64,000 nt of DNA. Origin: a virus (Duplodnaviria; Caudoviricetes). Under the pieces are notes generated by a model that had not been told where the DNA came from, ran no database searches, and saw only the letters and a list, made by a program, of their open reading frames with translations. Positions 15,001 through 21,361 of this stretch are shown here, one piece after another (within the stretch, counting starts at the first letter, position 1; every line of letters starts with the position of its first letter). The translations under genes were made by a program, and so were the position numbers. The stretch spans positions 43,204-107,203 of the IMG/VR virus record IMGVR_UViG_3300030433_001574; one strand, written 5' to 3'.

Positions 15001-17657
15001 CCCATTAAGAACATGACAGTGGCTATGTTGCTGGAGTTAGGTCTGTCTTTTGTGGAATAGACGTATTGCAACTGATTTGTGCGTGTTCTGTCTGAGGGCT
15101 GGACAAAGAAACGATGTGTGATACCTACACTACCCTTAACTTCTACATTGTCGATAATGTCGAATATCTCGTGAATAGGAGAGGCTGAAGAGGTCACACC
15201 TATGTCAAACTGACCAGCGCTTGGACTGCTGTGAACTGTATGCGGTGTCATACGGTTGAACTCAGAAGACACAGTAAGAGAGCCGCTATCCGCTACTCTT
15301 TCAATCAGTATGCGATGGAATACAGAATCATGCTGGGCTTTGGTCGTATGCGATGCTGTCAGATTCTGAGGTGTTGTGTTACCGACAGTTCCCGCTGCTG
15401 TAAAATTAGCAGGTGTGCGTCGTTCATCCAACTCAACATCGGCCTCAAAACCCTCGCTGATGTCACCTACCAATGAGTGACTGAAATTGACTGAGCCTAA
15501 GTTTCCTTCTTTTGATTTACCAACGTCAATATAGCCACCAGCGGCGTAAAGCGTAGCGTTACCAGCAGCGACATCGGTTGCTATGTCATCATAGACATAC
15601 ACACCGCTGGCAACTTCGTAGTTTGATGCTGGGACTGTTTTTTCAACCATGAGCATCGGTGCTGTCTTACTCATCGAAGCCCCTGTAAAATCAATAGCAT
15701 TGTAGTGAACCTCAACATACGGCGCAAGCCCACGACTGGCGAGGGTAGGAACTTCCAGTAGGGCTACACGGCTGTCTCTCGATGGGTGTAAGTGAAATTT
15801 ACGAACATTATCGTCAATGTTGTTTATGTCTTGAGGCACTGGCCCTTTCAAAGCAAACGGTAGTGGGTCAAAGTCATTGTCGGTAGCACTCGCACCCCCC
15901 AACGCTATGAGCGTCCTATTTGCTCCGCTTAGTCCGTTGGAGACAATCTCATGAACAGTGCTGTTATTGACAACTCTTAGGATTTCAAACGCTGCTGTGT
16001 CTTTGTAGTAATCAACTTGAGAGTTGATAGGAAACATCGAATCAATACCTTTTGAAGCAGCATCGTATGTCAGTGTAAGAATGTCAGAATTACCAGCCTG
16101 TTGGTCAAGCGTTTCTTCATTGGCACGAGGCATGAGCCTGAGATACGGATGACCTTCAACGTGATTGAGTGTATGACGACCTGAGTGTCCTATCTGAAAA
16201 CTCTCATCCAAATCGGTAGGCCAAGCCACTGCAAACGGGTTGTCTGTATCGACAGCAGTTGTAGACATACGGCTGGAATATACCATAGCGTGTTGCTCGT
16301 ATAGCCCTTCATCAATCAACATCTGACCTGCTCTGTCAATCAATTGTGTAGAAAGATGAGGTGGTTGATACGGGCGACCTGTGCCGTTTTCGATGAGGCA
16401 ATCGGCTGAGATAACAACAAATGAGTTTGCTCCATTAGCCGATGTGTGTGTTGAATGAAGAATGGGTCGCAGTCCATCGGTGTTGGTTGTTGTCTTGAAA
16501 TCCAAGTGAATACTTGATACTAACAATCGACCTGATGAAATGTTGATGCGGTGCAAACGCACACGCTCAGGTGGTTTACCGTTTGGCTTCTTTGAGTCTT
16601 GGTTGATTGAGCCGGGATTGATGAGAAGATTGTAAGGAACGTGAGGCACGAGATGGTTGGTAGTCGTGCCGGGTGTGCTGTATCTGTCGATAACAGAGTA
16701 ATTACCAGTTGAGTATGGGGAGACTGTAAAATCAACATAGGTGTCTGTAATTGTTTTACCAGTCAAAGCGTTAGCCAAAGATTGAGCATCAGCGGAAGAG
16801 ATTGGTATTGAAGAAAGATGAGTTTCTGCTGAGGCTAATCCATCGTCATTGTAAGATGTTTCAATCACATCAGTTATGGTGTAAACACCACTTAGAGGTG
16901 AGATAGGCTCTTCAAATCTATACAACGATACAGTCTTATCACCAACCATTGATGGGTTACGAGTTATCATCTCGTTGTTAAACGATGAGGAGACGTGAAT
17001 GCCTTCAATCACACCTCTAAACTCACCACCCTTACCACCAATGTAAACGTGTGAGTTCTTTGGTCTTAAGGCAGCATCGAGAGGAATTATTTGTTGGGCT
17101 ACCAAATCCCCATTGACGTAAACTTCAGCCTTACCTCTATTGATACAAGCAACAAGATGGTAGAGTGGTCTTTGATTTTGACTTAGTGATGTTGCTTTAT
17201 CCTTAGCACTATCAAAGCGGTTGTAAGAATCATCAAGCCCACCAAATGTAGTCACTGGGTAGACTTGTCCATCATACCCATTTGTCTCAGGCTGAGCGCT
17301 GCGAAGAAAAACCTTCATCGCACCTGTAGAGGCAGAGGTGAGATTGGCTTCAAACTCAACTGGGCCGGGTGTATCAACCGTTCCCATGCTAAGACGAAAC
17401 TGACCTTCTTTCATGAGAATCACGCCACCACAATCAGGAACGACCCATGCTTCAATAGCCAAGCCATCACCTAACAAATCAGCAACCATACCTCTTCCCG
17501 TTGCGTGAGATACAATCGACGCTGAACTTCTACGGGTAATATCAGTTTCTTTGTCGTAGTCTTCTCCTACCCTACTGAAGTTGCCCTGTGGAATAATGAC
17601 GCTATCGCTCACGCCATCAAAGAACAAAGCGTGATTAGACTGAAGCATGATTGGCAC
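3..17657 (-). CDS. Giant virion (tail/baseplate/adhesin) protein, at least 5,885 aa, N-terminal LamG/concanavalin-A-like domain; 3' end outside the window
   Basis: GTG at 17657 preceded by GGTGA RBS, just after the 17667 stop. Translates MPIMLQSNHALFFDGVSDSVIIP...LAIEAWVVPD...LYHLVACINRGKAEVYVNGDLV...HVYIGGKGGEFRGVIEGIHV (LamG pattern). Same frame is still protein-like at positions 3-60 (GSYMRATNPDTSAPYQPVY). The ORF track lists no ORF in this frame, as expected if there is no stop in the window. Confidence 0.88.
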   Translation of the reverse strand, partial: MPIMLQSNHALFFDGVSDSVIIPQGNFSRVGEDYDKETDITRRSSASIVSHATGRGMVADLLGDGLAIEAWVVPDCGGVILMKEGQFRLSMGTVDTPGPVEFEANLTSASTGAMKVFLRSAQPETNGYDGQVYPVTTFGGLDDSYNRFDSAKDKATSLSQNQRPLYHLVACINRGKAEVYVNGDLVAQQIIPLDAALRPKNSHVYIGGKGGEFRGVIEGIHVSSSFNNEMITRNPSMVGDKTVSLYRFEEPISPLSGVYTITDVIETSYNDDGLASAETHLSSIPISSADAQSLANALTGKTITDTYVDFTVSPYSTGNYSVIDRYSTPGTTTNHLVPHVPYNLLINPGSINQDSKKPNGKPPERVRLHRINISSGRLLVSSIHLDFKTTTNTDGLRPILHSTHTSANGANSFVVISADCLIENGTGRPYQPPHLSTQLIDRAGQMLIDEGLYEQHAMVYSSRMSTTAVDTDNPFAVAWPTDLDESFQIGHSGRHTLNHVEGHPYLRLMPRANEETLDQQAGNSDILTLTYDAASKGIDSMFPINSQVDYYKDTAAFEILRVVNNSTVHEIVSNGLSGANRTLIALGGASATDNDFDPLPFALKGPVPQDINNIDDNVRKFHLHPSRDSRVALLEVPTLASRGLAPYVEVHYNAIDFTGASMSKTAPMLMVEKTVPASNYEVASGVYVYDDIATDVAAGNATLYAAGGYIDVGKSKEGNLGSVNFSHSLVGDISEGFEADVELDERRTPANFTAAGTVGNTTPQNLTASHTTKAQHDSVFHRILIERVADSGSLTVSSEFNRMTPHTVHSSPSAGQFDIGVTSSASPIHEIFDIIDNVEVKGSVGITHRFFVQPSDRTRTNQLQYVYSTKDRPNSSNIATVMFLMGRSKLRGIEQVEDENGRSTLVHCVGLSDVAATRSINELGSGSPDSHVVKEIDPNAPVVSVTLGGVGQGAYDTKPSFDRSTLAHLPYSSRRGFSCLATKVRVDLSTSNGTQFIEVSPLNNDSPDLASWGTYPFPKVGRIYLKNGANAEYQSKTGACFLFTDSNVSTRRFLLPNGNAVATFQDWVVGSGLRKDADVLTGTQSQDFPLGEIIMGDGHFFIENLQSDGTTVNDRMFQSMDNISHDYQLGTQFASTRALVEIPLFRGQFFADRENNSYPSPDNSLKLHIDPTMTAHTWNPSPVGRRYQDLPPSDRSAYGAYAKSILANERNNQSNITNFETNSTNYRIYVSNPAMFPAGDVTTTNTNHYNVDNVLLFRRVFLPSGEWAIYSNDPITDGYIEITKEESYVSKGFVSQLTIGTPLLMGNAYDSEVLVPLKGDALNAAADFENRSEYYYDAASVKTQGGNIDYGLRQYVSAVEFKAGPLSNPHAARVQSGRATGTVLSVEPIMNGSVYTGFAHLIMSQEDVDKFPSVERQPNSINADYEWEMGQAHYSLEIDSNIFVYFGEGNKNKSTLVSGGLTPTDSLDTLSSIIVMTKENNTVPSYLKNDTLKGETATLTKYGYDVFFSSDKYNTKLDNTVNKSHTGRAAFYSSPWEIAGISGSDKELTLESQTKSQLLQANTLYLNVKPNDWIYAEHEISGSPTTVTLLGQVEYIVEGAIRGNPVTIPAVNTKIYLKTAVPAANKTSLNNMITQAAASPSTEKVYLRTGCHSMMKNDEEACLNRTWLFPYAQGGLRRGDTVWMNMTYNNPHAVQGMFAKSRGVLNEALVWKGFNGGQGLMATEPRDSIPLENFLIGDSCIETARNFVQHVNKTIELNYDELGMSNPPTVAYLDPYLATEGHARVLLYDVAHDREFIAFQDIHMQVQTSPKAAELGFERLSSSINVADGTDEIDLSNYAIKYNGGAQNPFITQIDVANGYSSQNKYIRAYQQSNFMESAYAHNIGNNISDAMLSPVSGVVTRLESLGTNLLHRQNGTGYSTANNLSTTDINAGGTGLTVDITASAGQITNIVVRNGGSGYSNSRSGQERRVRITGGNNDAVFKVFTTTSGIVNALTSMTQAALYGKAHGHFIHTGYHTGGPLAKKRTLGDSITSRTNNAVAIPYHANKEHNKTRKLFSSNDVLIKALMQHRISKGKTLTLKAGGSGYNNGTFYNVKTTTDGQGSGMTVDVTIASNAVVTATVNRHGDSLYEEGDTIFIGDRSLYILPTGTANVSGNEDGSFTLFMNRRNEETSTLFDTPDGTRVIPAFLALKGIRSEALDLSNMTTETRLQHLPQWTQMDFTRRMTIDLGEVAVRDGITSVEAAATEVVRMINQAAAKKGRTHSNNTNKQYPVKVVGEADFATTGSTHDPVVWWDEDKAFESHDKGTHMGYIRAHLGRVVRDVDGNEEGFSIIIHSTVPGATGRNFAVWLDNSKGQVPYKPEFMIGHGGRFRTFWCMPDELSGENMHPAPMPLNKHGRPFAPITSLRQYTQPDESMQAVVPKGEFSNNHDETTTPRLRAVSAHSGSGQNHNTLNTESLEIEGFNTSFTEGLRVGTNAVARINFGGLVSAGVPGFAPDAGKWGFGRKGDERFANDYGKLTKVVDTEPATTYTGHVPTAQVFPDSIGDSPIYGLRLQDHRGVEHGIRYIYKNMGEKFALDNTLLPKTLENEIVVYFNHKDCSQGGFTIGKHMHGISDPTGRFPATPSNAGLANWRGNLWRGAPAPNASYNTDVVYNTTDKTITVTLYAPYDDCPHHDVLGYMGFPAENGVIHLSDPYNDASLTGNWGNMFAYTHRTRNDKTGTHVFHGVTGDTYISRHKIHTHSNTAPTLTLGDFVVGEETDGISALITPVANWTTLVTDELMAAVTAAAINLTDPNEETTFDCTNMYAADGRTFGEWGITDESIKIKAYNTKGNIEPISDFFTASLSQDVGIRASHIEYGEVESLKINNDGVTVTGDATRPVGDGLIAKGRSLNCGYIPSTIIQITTKGRGHNANTATPNIVDSQNNPINTSTWRKNLIGENFIESSGDLILPNLDNPTLKMTNVHSASMMALHGDNEMWHFAKPAGYEASVNHVEQGQTQDYARVDSFGTKTPISYGTHTAVTESQNVNSGGYVSEKTFSQLLDSNLRSGDWPSSNPSGTLVVQKYADLRAYLFAGKRSLGSVHSLPIIHFTGARDGPDNYVPLFFGGGFSGAVVDINDGTQNDYSEHNTHPYANGPTGSAGIQNANEILSSFSTLDCNAIMAFFPATALLKQHRGSINPPVYNKDNILSPDIKRGAQSVSNIHPNAAPYTAGVHMQVPSPMVLRFAHPTARYNDHRDSVDNKTTYIIFGPGQAFPLCQEKASPDNAFEPHPGEAVSTGNAWSKVPNMSSGAGGRAFLPNHIQNSTGEYMPERAATQLAKHRFHYRQVLNWESPLGIPDTVFLRERPENGRNYGNSFTANAFDHYSTASNFTDDVAKAYAVAQPSRHAMFYAGGMVKNADLCWHMDNGNHPGGSWMDNQITMNPPLQGAATRISLNTNVSRINKTAFRVAGVLATKMLHSNDNSGSPGFSTDTLTASDVDHEYIVVDATRCQNGEELACVLGAAINTFPGKGALKAIGGTFMPSMGNATRQDRYGWIESISKAIPSGVYGNGTVGGVTANSDVTDYGYSNNTVSVAPMVRSGTATSTFTANVTSGVAAIAVTGTFPALIQAGQSVSGTGIQANSVVASFNSTANTVTINPAPNATNTGVTITFTRNTLGNTATGGASLKNGDCFIDVEITGAATGNEESVANRVPASGWLRTEANHDYGASVSSSVKSSAWASYHSRAFYRDGSAVDSPLRCRFFLSHNKVTGLKAFEDGEAWRIYANTSVAFNSGGGSNVSGVTLPHPAPSVGTKIWIWSKSATIGVDNSAGSRFSNYGIGAPHFSGIADAIDRTKPVGAVGWHGERYSYLNTLSVDGGFSAGLGAWHSMLGFSPYGGSSSCANMLGHLPHTTPLPNSPESMPPTDIPGGSLSNFPSDGDTEADSVSYSTDDTVGFGTYIMGWTDGAQFNNPPVMRDMPEIQKELIHAQGTYSRALLVVAHEGELSLVARKDRDNHTSTGDYLLAGGTTQWDERFHHSDRFVAPANAGPNVEALIADNTAPPTISDYTTSTVLDGAPFNAQVYLHPSLSADSSLSNAEPCRAETGDLFFDIDKNVGIVNHELNIGERNLATDFITSTNTPSNNMVSTSHDVQSGIFWAGDVNAYDVLKRSPHKNFSTEHIVWKRMDGGTVTMPASNARGLGAVPWITRVVGGNAHTMGEKLYGNIRFSFETTNSAMMPVLQAQEIAHPTLAKEHPIALGGVLEIPNEEIQFEDITVVDDTGQVHTLEGGSPLGIVIRAYKPASTRLASGLQPVPANSGIPPNFEIQLPDPESIPGNILVRSGFDPIQAYQTETFGDGGMIHPDLGASHIGHLFDNVVKSPRKGPTMNEVGWEHISQDENFPESTRDGWVAATGNNTLRSSYEQQDRALYFHITKMGHSHTEKFPTTYTHTAGVVNQALTVDSYTSTSITASAAINENIFSTGFGTQEVADNRRFIRISNAAGESVIASYKSISSDVFNDLVGDIDFTQFMADNFAVGALTITPSYYVPAGSARIFAARRLRDHAEVSGNSPDMAHTLYFDGDAQTTIHSRYSKPQLTPMPIPRMGHHFVNATMPMMPGHWAHPAYQGLYEKANSDKLASLPDEDYTTLADNLVEVDGTTNNQTSIPTAVTDRIFPLNPALRVGSLTANPSGPSDIHGGAFTLMFETKIKYDGYGILASKGTAGDMNKAGGHSIVLEAGGNYTQANHFPDPAEVGAYQIVIQPNLRSQQVTGFHRNNADATGLPTAGTELSGLTSQQVNLVIGIKYDEERHSSLTNSANIGGVTLILAEATLADVRGCEIFLNEVILDHDPDHGSQLANIPPMLLYNPLGVQGSESPSFTRRGHPYHPTTPEIEFKDATPGFTTNIPWWSIMHQGTPSDASAVGFRHLALYRIDNYYQFCRASYGAVAAQLTLAGYPSIYPDIYSKIMENVSLAPTCKVVGAHSSATAIQVDDASLFPEKPYYGQKLQYIDPSTGKTVSFSYTTRQGLSHSSATMNEPDVFHLPTGITIADGTKLTLSKPYSTKSVNDIFNNDSESVLTKNLGQLLTGTRDTNSLFLTDAYLCAWSPNLGRPHTFYSDASRTWITNGVNHTSDRAVNNAAYNSMPQHFETIHYQDVNYAASHGPLTLRMKTPVPPKPLTGTVSSVATTTVSVITMTDTVTGVSNGDVLFAKGRVLGRVNGTSGADITLYTKIFESNLVSGDKVYLDGDGEVLSGSGINAISGLSSQSGTFMLSNYWPCGSRGGPLVSRLDGYAAAAAAWHLPQSYAHNGGIHWEDDDDDGSYAVANGVSTGSLSALRTYPFGYRFGLRQAWNRPQWGHYGMRAFQEQATHSGASNLAVGYKAGPLIEYESISSNGWLYAGGDSTQSNTDLPTTYVGILERSTTAAGMLNADKYEWQVRYSDGRRMTRGFGCALRTLRNSSTVIRDWWGDSAGMGLLYYKDAVSYYLIDWWGNTRGEDVRRFPVRSFGINPSWDAGDAYEYDRTNNRTPFERVWNNGKPIFNLKGIVDFSNGNVLSSPTATIPRFGGRKNTGNNNTDTTLVDVFAPTNALRVGDMGNGRGVRFPTQFNEDRLVELSAVYQNSGVVLSSNTAEPTFGQGLIRPRNDALQPSEIVRGISARLEVDEDGLLKPEATVSDKVESISGTSVHKDAVSRSSPRIGIDGDTIESLTGSNANMVAINSEAHSLHTNRGVGQRVVLHGGMQSGSQTLGDYDLTSLSFAAQPHGGVMRFSHTSNFKPMGGTYILEARSFASPFDDTGWGRSGMSGTKTSNPYQTTSSVASQTNMTDDAVQFMLRPIRLLDNQHIAVFRPALALHSGSKQNGSTAFTATAGGKYGLFTYSTPNGRASSGSYMRATNPDTSAPYQPVY

Positions 17658-17666
17658 GTTGTCACC

Positions 17667-18893
17667 TCAGATAATCATGTCAATCGGAGCAAAGACCATT
17701 TGATATGTGTAGTGCTGTTCTCCAGCGTTGTAACCCACATCGAATTTTTGTATTGTGCCTTGAATACCAGTTGTTTCATCAATAGTGCTAAATTCTTGAT
17801 TAGCGCTGAAATCGTTGTTGTCAGAAATTTTATCGTTTGTGCTTTGAAAAAGACCAGTGCGAATCAAAAAGTTACGCACACTGTATTTTTTACCACCTTC
17901 AGCAGTAATCATTGAGTTGTAAGGTATCTGTAGACCGATGGGGTAGTCTCCGTTGAAAATTGTTTGAAGCCCACCTGTGGCCGCCACAGCGCCAGCAGCG
18001 GCGAGTGCTACCCCTCCTGATGCTATAGCCACTGTTGCACCAACGATTAAAGCGGCAGTGCCTCTATCTGTATTGTGTAAGATACCATACAAGTCTTGCA
18101 CTTTATCTCCAGCCGATTTGTTATTGATGTCCGTAGCACTTGTGCCTCCGCTAAACGGCCTATGATATGGAGCATAGTCTCCTGAAGTGCGGAACAATAC
18201 TGAATCATTGGAGGTCATCTTTCCTGTTGTGCCTTGCGTGAGCGTAAGTTTTGAACTACCAGCAGCGGGTGCAAATTCAGATGTCGATACAGAGCCAGTG
18301 ATTGTTGAATTAAGATGGCTACCGCCCAATGCTGTAATGACTGACTGGGCTATGACTGCTGGAGGAGTGAGTGTGGTGTGCGTGTAAATTTTTGTTCCTG
18401 AAGGAGAGCCGCTTGATGAGACATTCGATACACCGGGATTAGAAAAATCACCACTACCCGCTATGAACAAAATCTCCAATTCTGTTCCATCTTTTTGCGT
18501 CAAGGTTAATTCACGAAGATTATCGTAAAAAACTCGGTCTGCTACTTGAGTAAACTGCCCCACCGTATCAACTTGAGACTGGTCTACAGCAAAATCAATG
18601 ACAGATACAGCGGCTGTGGCGGCTGATGAGCGTCGGTTTACATCGTCATCGGTAAAAATACCTTCAATAACAATAGTAGAATTGACCATATTCAGGTCAA
18701 TACCCATACGTTTTCCCCCGAAAAGAGGAATAGGCATACCACCCACTTTTCGCTCTACACTGAGAGCAATAGAAAGAGCCTGAAGTTCCATAGGAGGAAA
18801 AGGTGCTACATCAGCACCCAATTCACCAAGCAAATCCATACCTAACCCACCGTCAAAGTGGAGGCGAATTGGTGTGCCGTAGCCGTCGCTCAT
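17667..18893 (-). CDS. Putative distal tail/baseplate hub protein, 408 aa
   Basis: Directly downstream of the tape measure gene with ATGA overlap; beta-rich composition. Function from position only. Confidence 0.55.
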   Translation of the reverse strand: MSDGYGTPIRLHFDGGLGMDLLGELGADVAPFPPMELQALSIALSVERKVGGMPIPLFGGKRMGIDLNMVNSTIVIEGIFTDDDVNRRSSAATAAVSVIDFAVDQSQVDTVGQFTQVADRVFYDNLRELTLTQKDGTELEILFIAGSGDFSNPGVSNVSSSGSPSGTKIYTHTTLTPPAVIAQSVITALGGSHLNSTITGSVSTSEFAPAAGSSKLTLTQGTTGKMTSNDSVLFRTSGDYAPYHRPFSGGTSATDINNKSAGDKVQDLYGILHNTDRGTAALIVGATVAIASGGVALAAAGAVAATGGLQTIFNGDYPIGLQIPYNSMITAEGGKKYSVRNFLIRTGLFQSTNDKISDNNDFSANQEFSTIDETTGIQGTIQKFDVGYNAGEQHYTYQMVFAPIDMII

Positions 18894-20203
18894 CTACCTG
18901 ACCTCATTGTAGAGCCACCGCTGGCACGAGCAATCTCTTGTTGAATGGCGTTGCTTATTTGTCTTGCAAACTCACGCTTGTCTGTTCTGTCTGTCATGCC
19001 TGACGCATTGATGCTAATGTTGAAGGTATTACCTCCACCACCGCCACCGCCGTTAATTTCAACAGGAATAGAACGACCACCTGATAGTGGAACAATTGCC
19101 TCTGTGCCGTGAAGAGTTACAGGATAACCGCTTTCAGGCCCACTGGCTACACCACCCTCAGAGAAGCCAAGAAACCCTCCTATTGCCCCGATACCGTCGC
19201 CAATGAAACCACCAATTGCATCTAAACCATCTAAAAGGGGTTCAAGTAAACCAGCCACATAGTCAATAGCATCACCAATCCAACCAAAAACAGGAGATAT
19301 GACGTTATCCCAAGCCCAAGTAAATCCAGCGACAATGCCATCCCAAGCAAGTTTGAAAGGTGTTAAGAGAATGTTAGCGTATGTTTTGATTCCTTCAAAG
19401 ATTGGCTTTAAGAATCTCTCGTAGGCATTTTTCATTCCTAACATGACCAAATCCCAGTTGTTGAGAATAAATTTGATACTGTCGATAAGTGGGCCGAAGA
19501 GAGCCATTACAGGATTGACAATGTAAGAAGTCCATACGTTCTTGGCAGCATCAAATACCTTAAACCAAGCACTGCCAATAGCGCTTAGACCAGCAAGAAG
19601 AGCGTCAATGAGAGGATTGACAACTTTACCTATCGTGCCATTCCATACTTTCTTCATGCCCTCCATGACTCCATCCCAGTCACCTTTGGCAATCGCCATA
19701 CCAACTTTGAATAAATCAATAAACGGTTGAATGATTGGCATGATGACTGAATCCCATATACCACCCATCGCATCCATAACGCCTTCCCAGTCTCCTCGTA
19801 TCAGCGCCATACCAGCGTTAAACAAGCCAGTGAAAATGTCGATAAGTGGTTGAACTGTTACGTCCCAAGCAACCTTCAGTAAATCAACTAACAGTTCCCA
19901 CGCTATGACTAAACCATCAAATGCTAAACCAAAACTTTCTGTTACCAGTGTCGATATGAGTGTGATGATAGGTTCAGCAACAGCATAAAACGCATCCCAA
20001 ATGGGCATGATGTTTTCGTCCCAAAAATCCTTTACACTCTGAAACTTTTCTTTGACAAACGATACAAGCCCACCAAATAGCCCACTGACTACTGAAATTG
20101 CTCCACCAAAAATGCCACCAAGAGCACCAAAGATACCTGATACAGAAGCAGCACCAGTTGCCAGCCCACCAAGAGCAACGGTTAAGCCAGCCAGTGCTAC
20201 CAT
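18890..20203 (-). CDS. Tail tape measure protein, 437 aa
   Basis: Amphipathic W/F/I periodic repeats (AWDVTVQPLIDIF, IWDSVIMPIIQPF, VWNGTIGKVVNPL); typical TMP C-terminus (FSEGGVASGP...HGTEAIVPL...NTFNISINA); follows the tail chaperones. Confidence 0.85.
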   Translation of the reverse strand: MVALAGLTVALGGLATGAASVSGIFGALGGIFGGAISVVSGLFGGLVSFVKEKFQSVKDFWDENIMPIWDAFYAVAEPIITLISTLVTESFGLAFDGLVIAWELLVDLLKVAWDVTVQPLIDIFTGLFNAGMALIRGDWEGVMDAMGGIWDSVIMPIIQPFIDLFKVGMAIAKGDWDGVMEGMKKVWNGTIGKVVNPLIDALLAGLSAIGSAWFKVFDAAKNVWTSYIVNPVMALFGPLIDSIKFILNNWDLVMLGMKNAYERFLKPIFEGIKTYANILLTPFKLAWDGIVAGFTWAWDNVISPVFGWIGDAIDYVAGLLEPLLDGLDAIGGFIGDGIGAIGGFLGFSEGGVASGPESGYPVTLHGTEAIVPLSGGRSIPVEINGGGGGGGNTFNISINASGMTDRTDKREFARQISNAIQQEIARASGGSTMRSGR

Positions 20204-20481
20204 CAGAAGTCCTCCCTATTGAGGAAGTCGTAGTCAAGAGATACTGTTTCTCGACCACCACTCTTTGCGGATTGATTGTTTCGCTTGTTGGCTTTTTCTT
20301 CTTCTCTACGAGCAACCATCGCCCATGTAAAGGACTGATAGAATTGCTGTGGAGTCATCTCTTGCACCTCTTTAATCGAAACTGAATAATGTTTTGCTAC
20401 AATATAGGCTTGCATTTCAAGTGAGAGTTCTAAATCGGCAGGGTTTGCTATCGTGTTGCGACGAAGAAAATCTTCAATCAC
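20203..20481 (-). CDS. Tail assembly chaperone, C-terminal (gpT-like) part
   Basis: Lies between chaperone and TMP; YIVAKHYSVSIKEVQEMTPQQF resembles gpT-type segments; in the -1 frame relative to the upstream chaperone. Confidence 0.65.
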   Translation of the reverse strand: MIEDFLRRNTIANPADLELSLEMQAYIVAKHYSVSIKEVQEMTPQQFYQSFTWAMVARREEEKANKRNNQSAKSGGRETVSLDYDFLNREDF

Positions 20482-20855
20482 ACGTTCCCGCCTTTCGTAA
20501 ACCCCCCTGACATCATCTCACCAAGTTCGTTAGGACTCGGTAGAAGTGCCGAGATTTGTTCACCAATGTGGCCTTTGAGTTTCATCAAGTCATCACTTGA
20601 CATAACTGGATTGGTTCGCACGACCCAGTTTGTAAAAGCATACTTGTAATACCCTTCAAGATTGAGAGACATCTGACCGTCTTTACCAATGTTGAACATC
20701 TCTTGTGCGGCTTTCTGAATATCAAAGAAAGAGACATCACGCACCCAAACCTCCATGATGACGTTGGGGTCATCGGGGTCTACGCTAATCTCGTGCTTCT
20801 GTTCATCATGCCGTCTCATCAAGAGGTTCTTGTTCGCTACTATTGTTTTCGTCAT
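20478..20855 (-). CDS. Tail assembly chaperone (gpG-like)
   Basis: Position between tail tube and TMP. Likely start MTKTIV at 20855 after GGTGAG. Ends in a GGG GGG TTT slippery tract. Confidence 0.65.
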   Translation of the reverse strand: MTKTIVANKNLLMRRHDEQKHEISVDPDDPNVIMEVWVRDVSFFDIQKAAQEMFNIGKDGQMSLNLEGYYKYAFTNWVVRTNPVMSSDDLMKLKGHIGEQISALLPSPNELGEMMSGGFTKGGNV

Positions 20856-21351
20856 TTGTCTCACCATTGGTCACAGCCGCTTCTTCAGCGGGGGTGTCCG
20901 ACTCTACATCAGCAGCCGATTCTTCGGGGGCTTCAGTCTCAGTCGTGGACTCGGATATGCCTTCATCGTCACGCTTCAAGCGTAGAGCGATTTCAGCCTT
21001 TGTGCCGTAGACAGGTAGTCCACGGTCTTTGCATAGTGCCTGAAGTTCTTTGACGGTCATAGCGTCATACGTCAGTTCTGTTGGAAAATCTTCGCTGTCA
21101 CCAATGTCTTCAGGAGCAGCCAAATCTGATGTTGCTTCATATACTGTTTCTGTTACCTCATCAGCGACCTCTTCCTCGACCACTGTAGGCAAAAGCGCAG
21201 CAACAGCGTCTTCGATAAGCCCCAGTGTGCGCTTTTTACCAGCAGCAATAATGTCGCCTTCGGTCACGCCAATTTGAGAAGCATACCAAAGAGCATACTC
21301 TTCATGAGAAAGTTCGCCGTATTTTTTTGCTCGTAGTGCGGGTGTTAGCAT
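20806..21351 (-). CDS. Acidic SAP-domain protein
   Basis: YDAMTVKELQALCKDRGLPVYGTKAEIALRL is a canonical SAP motif. Likely start MLTPALR at 21351 after GGTGA. Rest of the protein is E/D-rich. Confidence 0.75.
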   Translation of the reverse strand: MLTPALRAKKYGELSHEEYALWYASQIGVTEGDIIAAGKKRTLGLIEDAVAALLPTVVEEEVADEVTETVYEATSDLAAPEDIGDSEDFPTELTYDAMTVKELQALCKDRGLPVYGTKAEIALRLKRDDEGISESTTETEAPEESAADVESDTPAEEAAVTNGETNDENNSSEQEPLDETA

Positions 21352-21361
21352 ATTGGTCACC

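Noticed and set aside
282-17474. Many short ORFs of 60-171 aa in the track
   Set aside because: They are antisense or off-frame shadows of the giant minus-strand ORF, with no RBS and unnatural composition.
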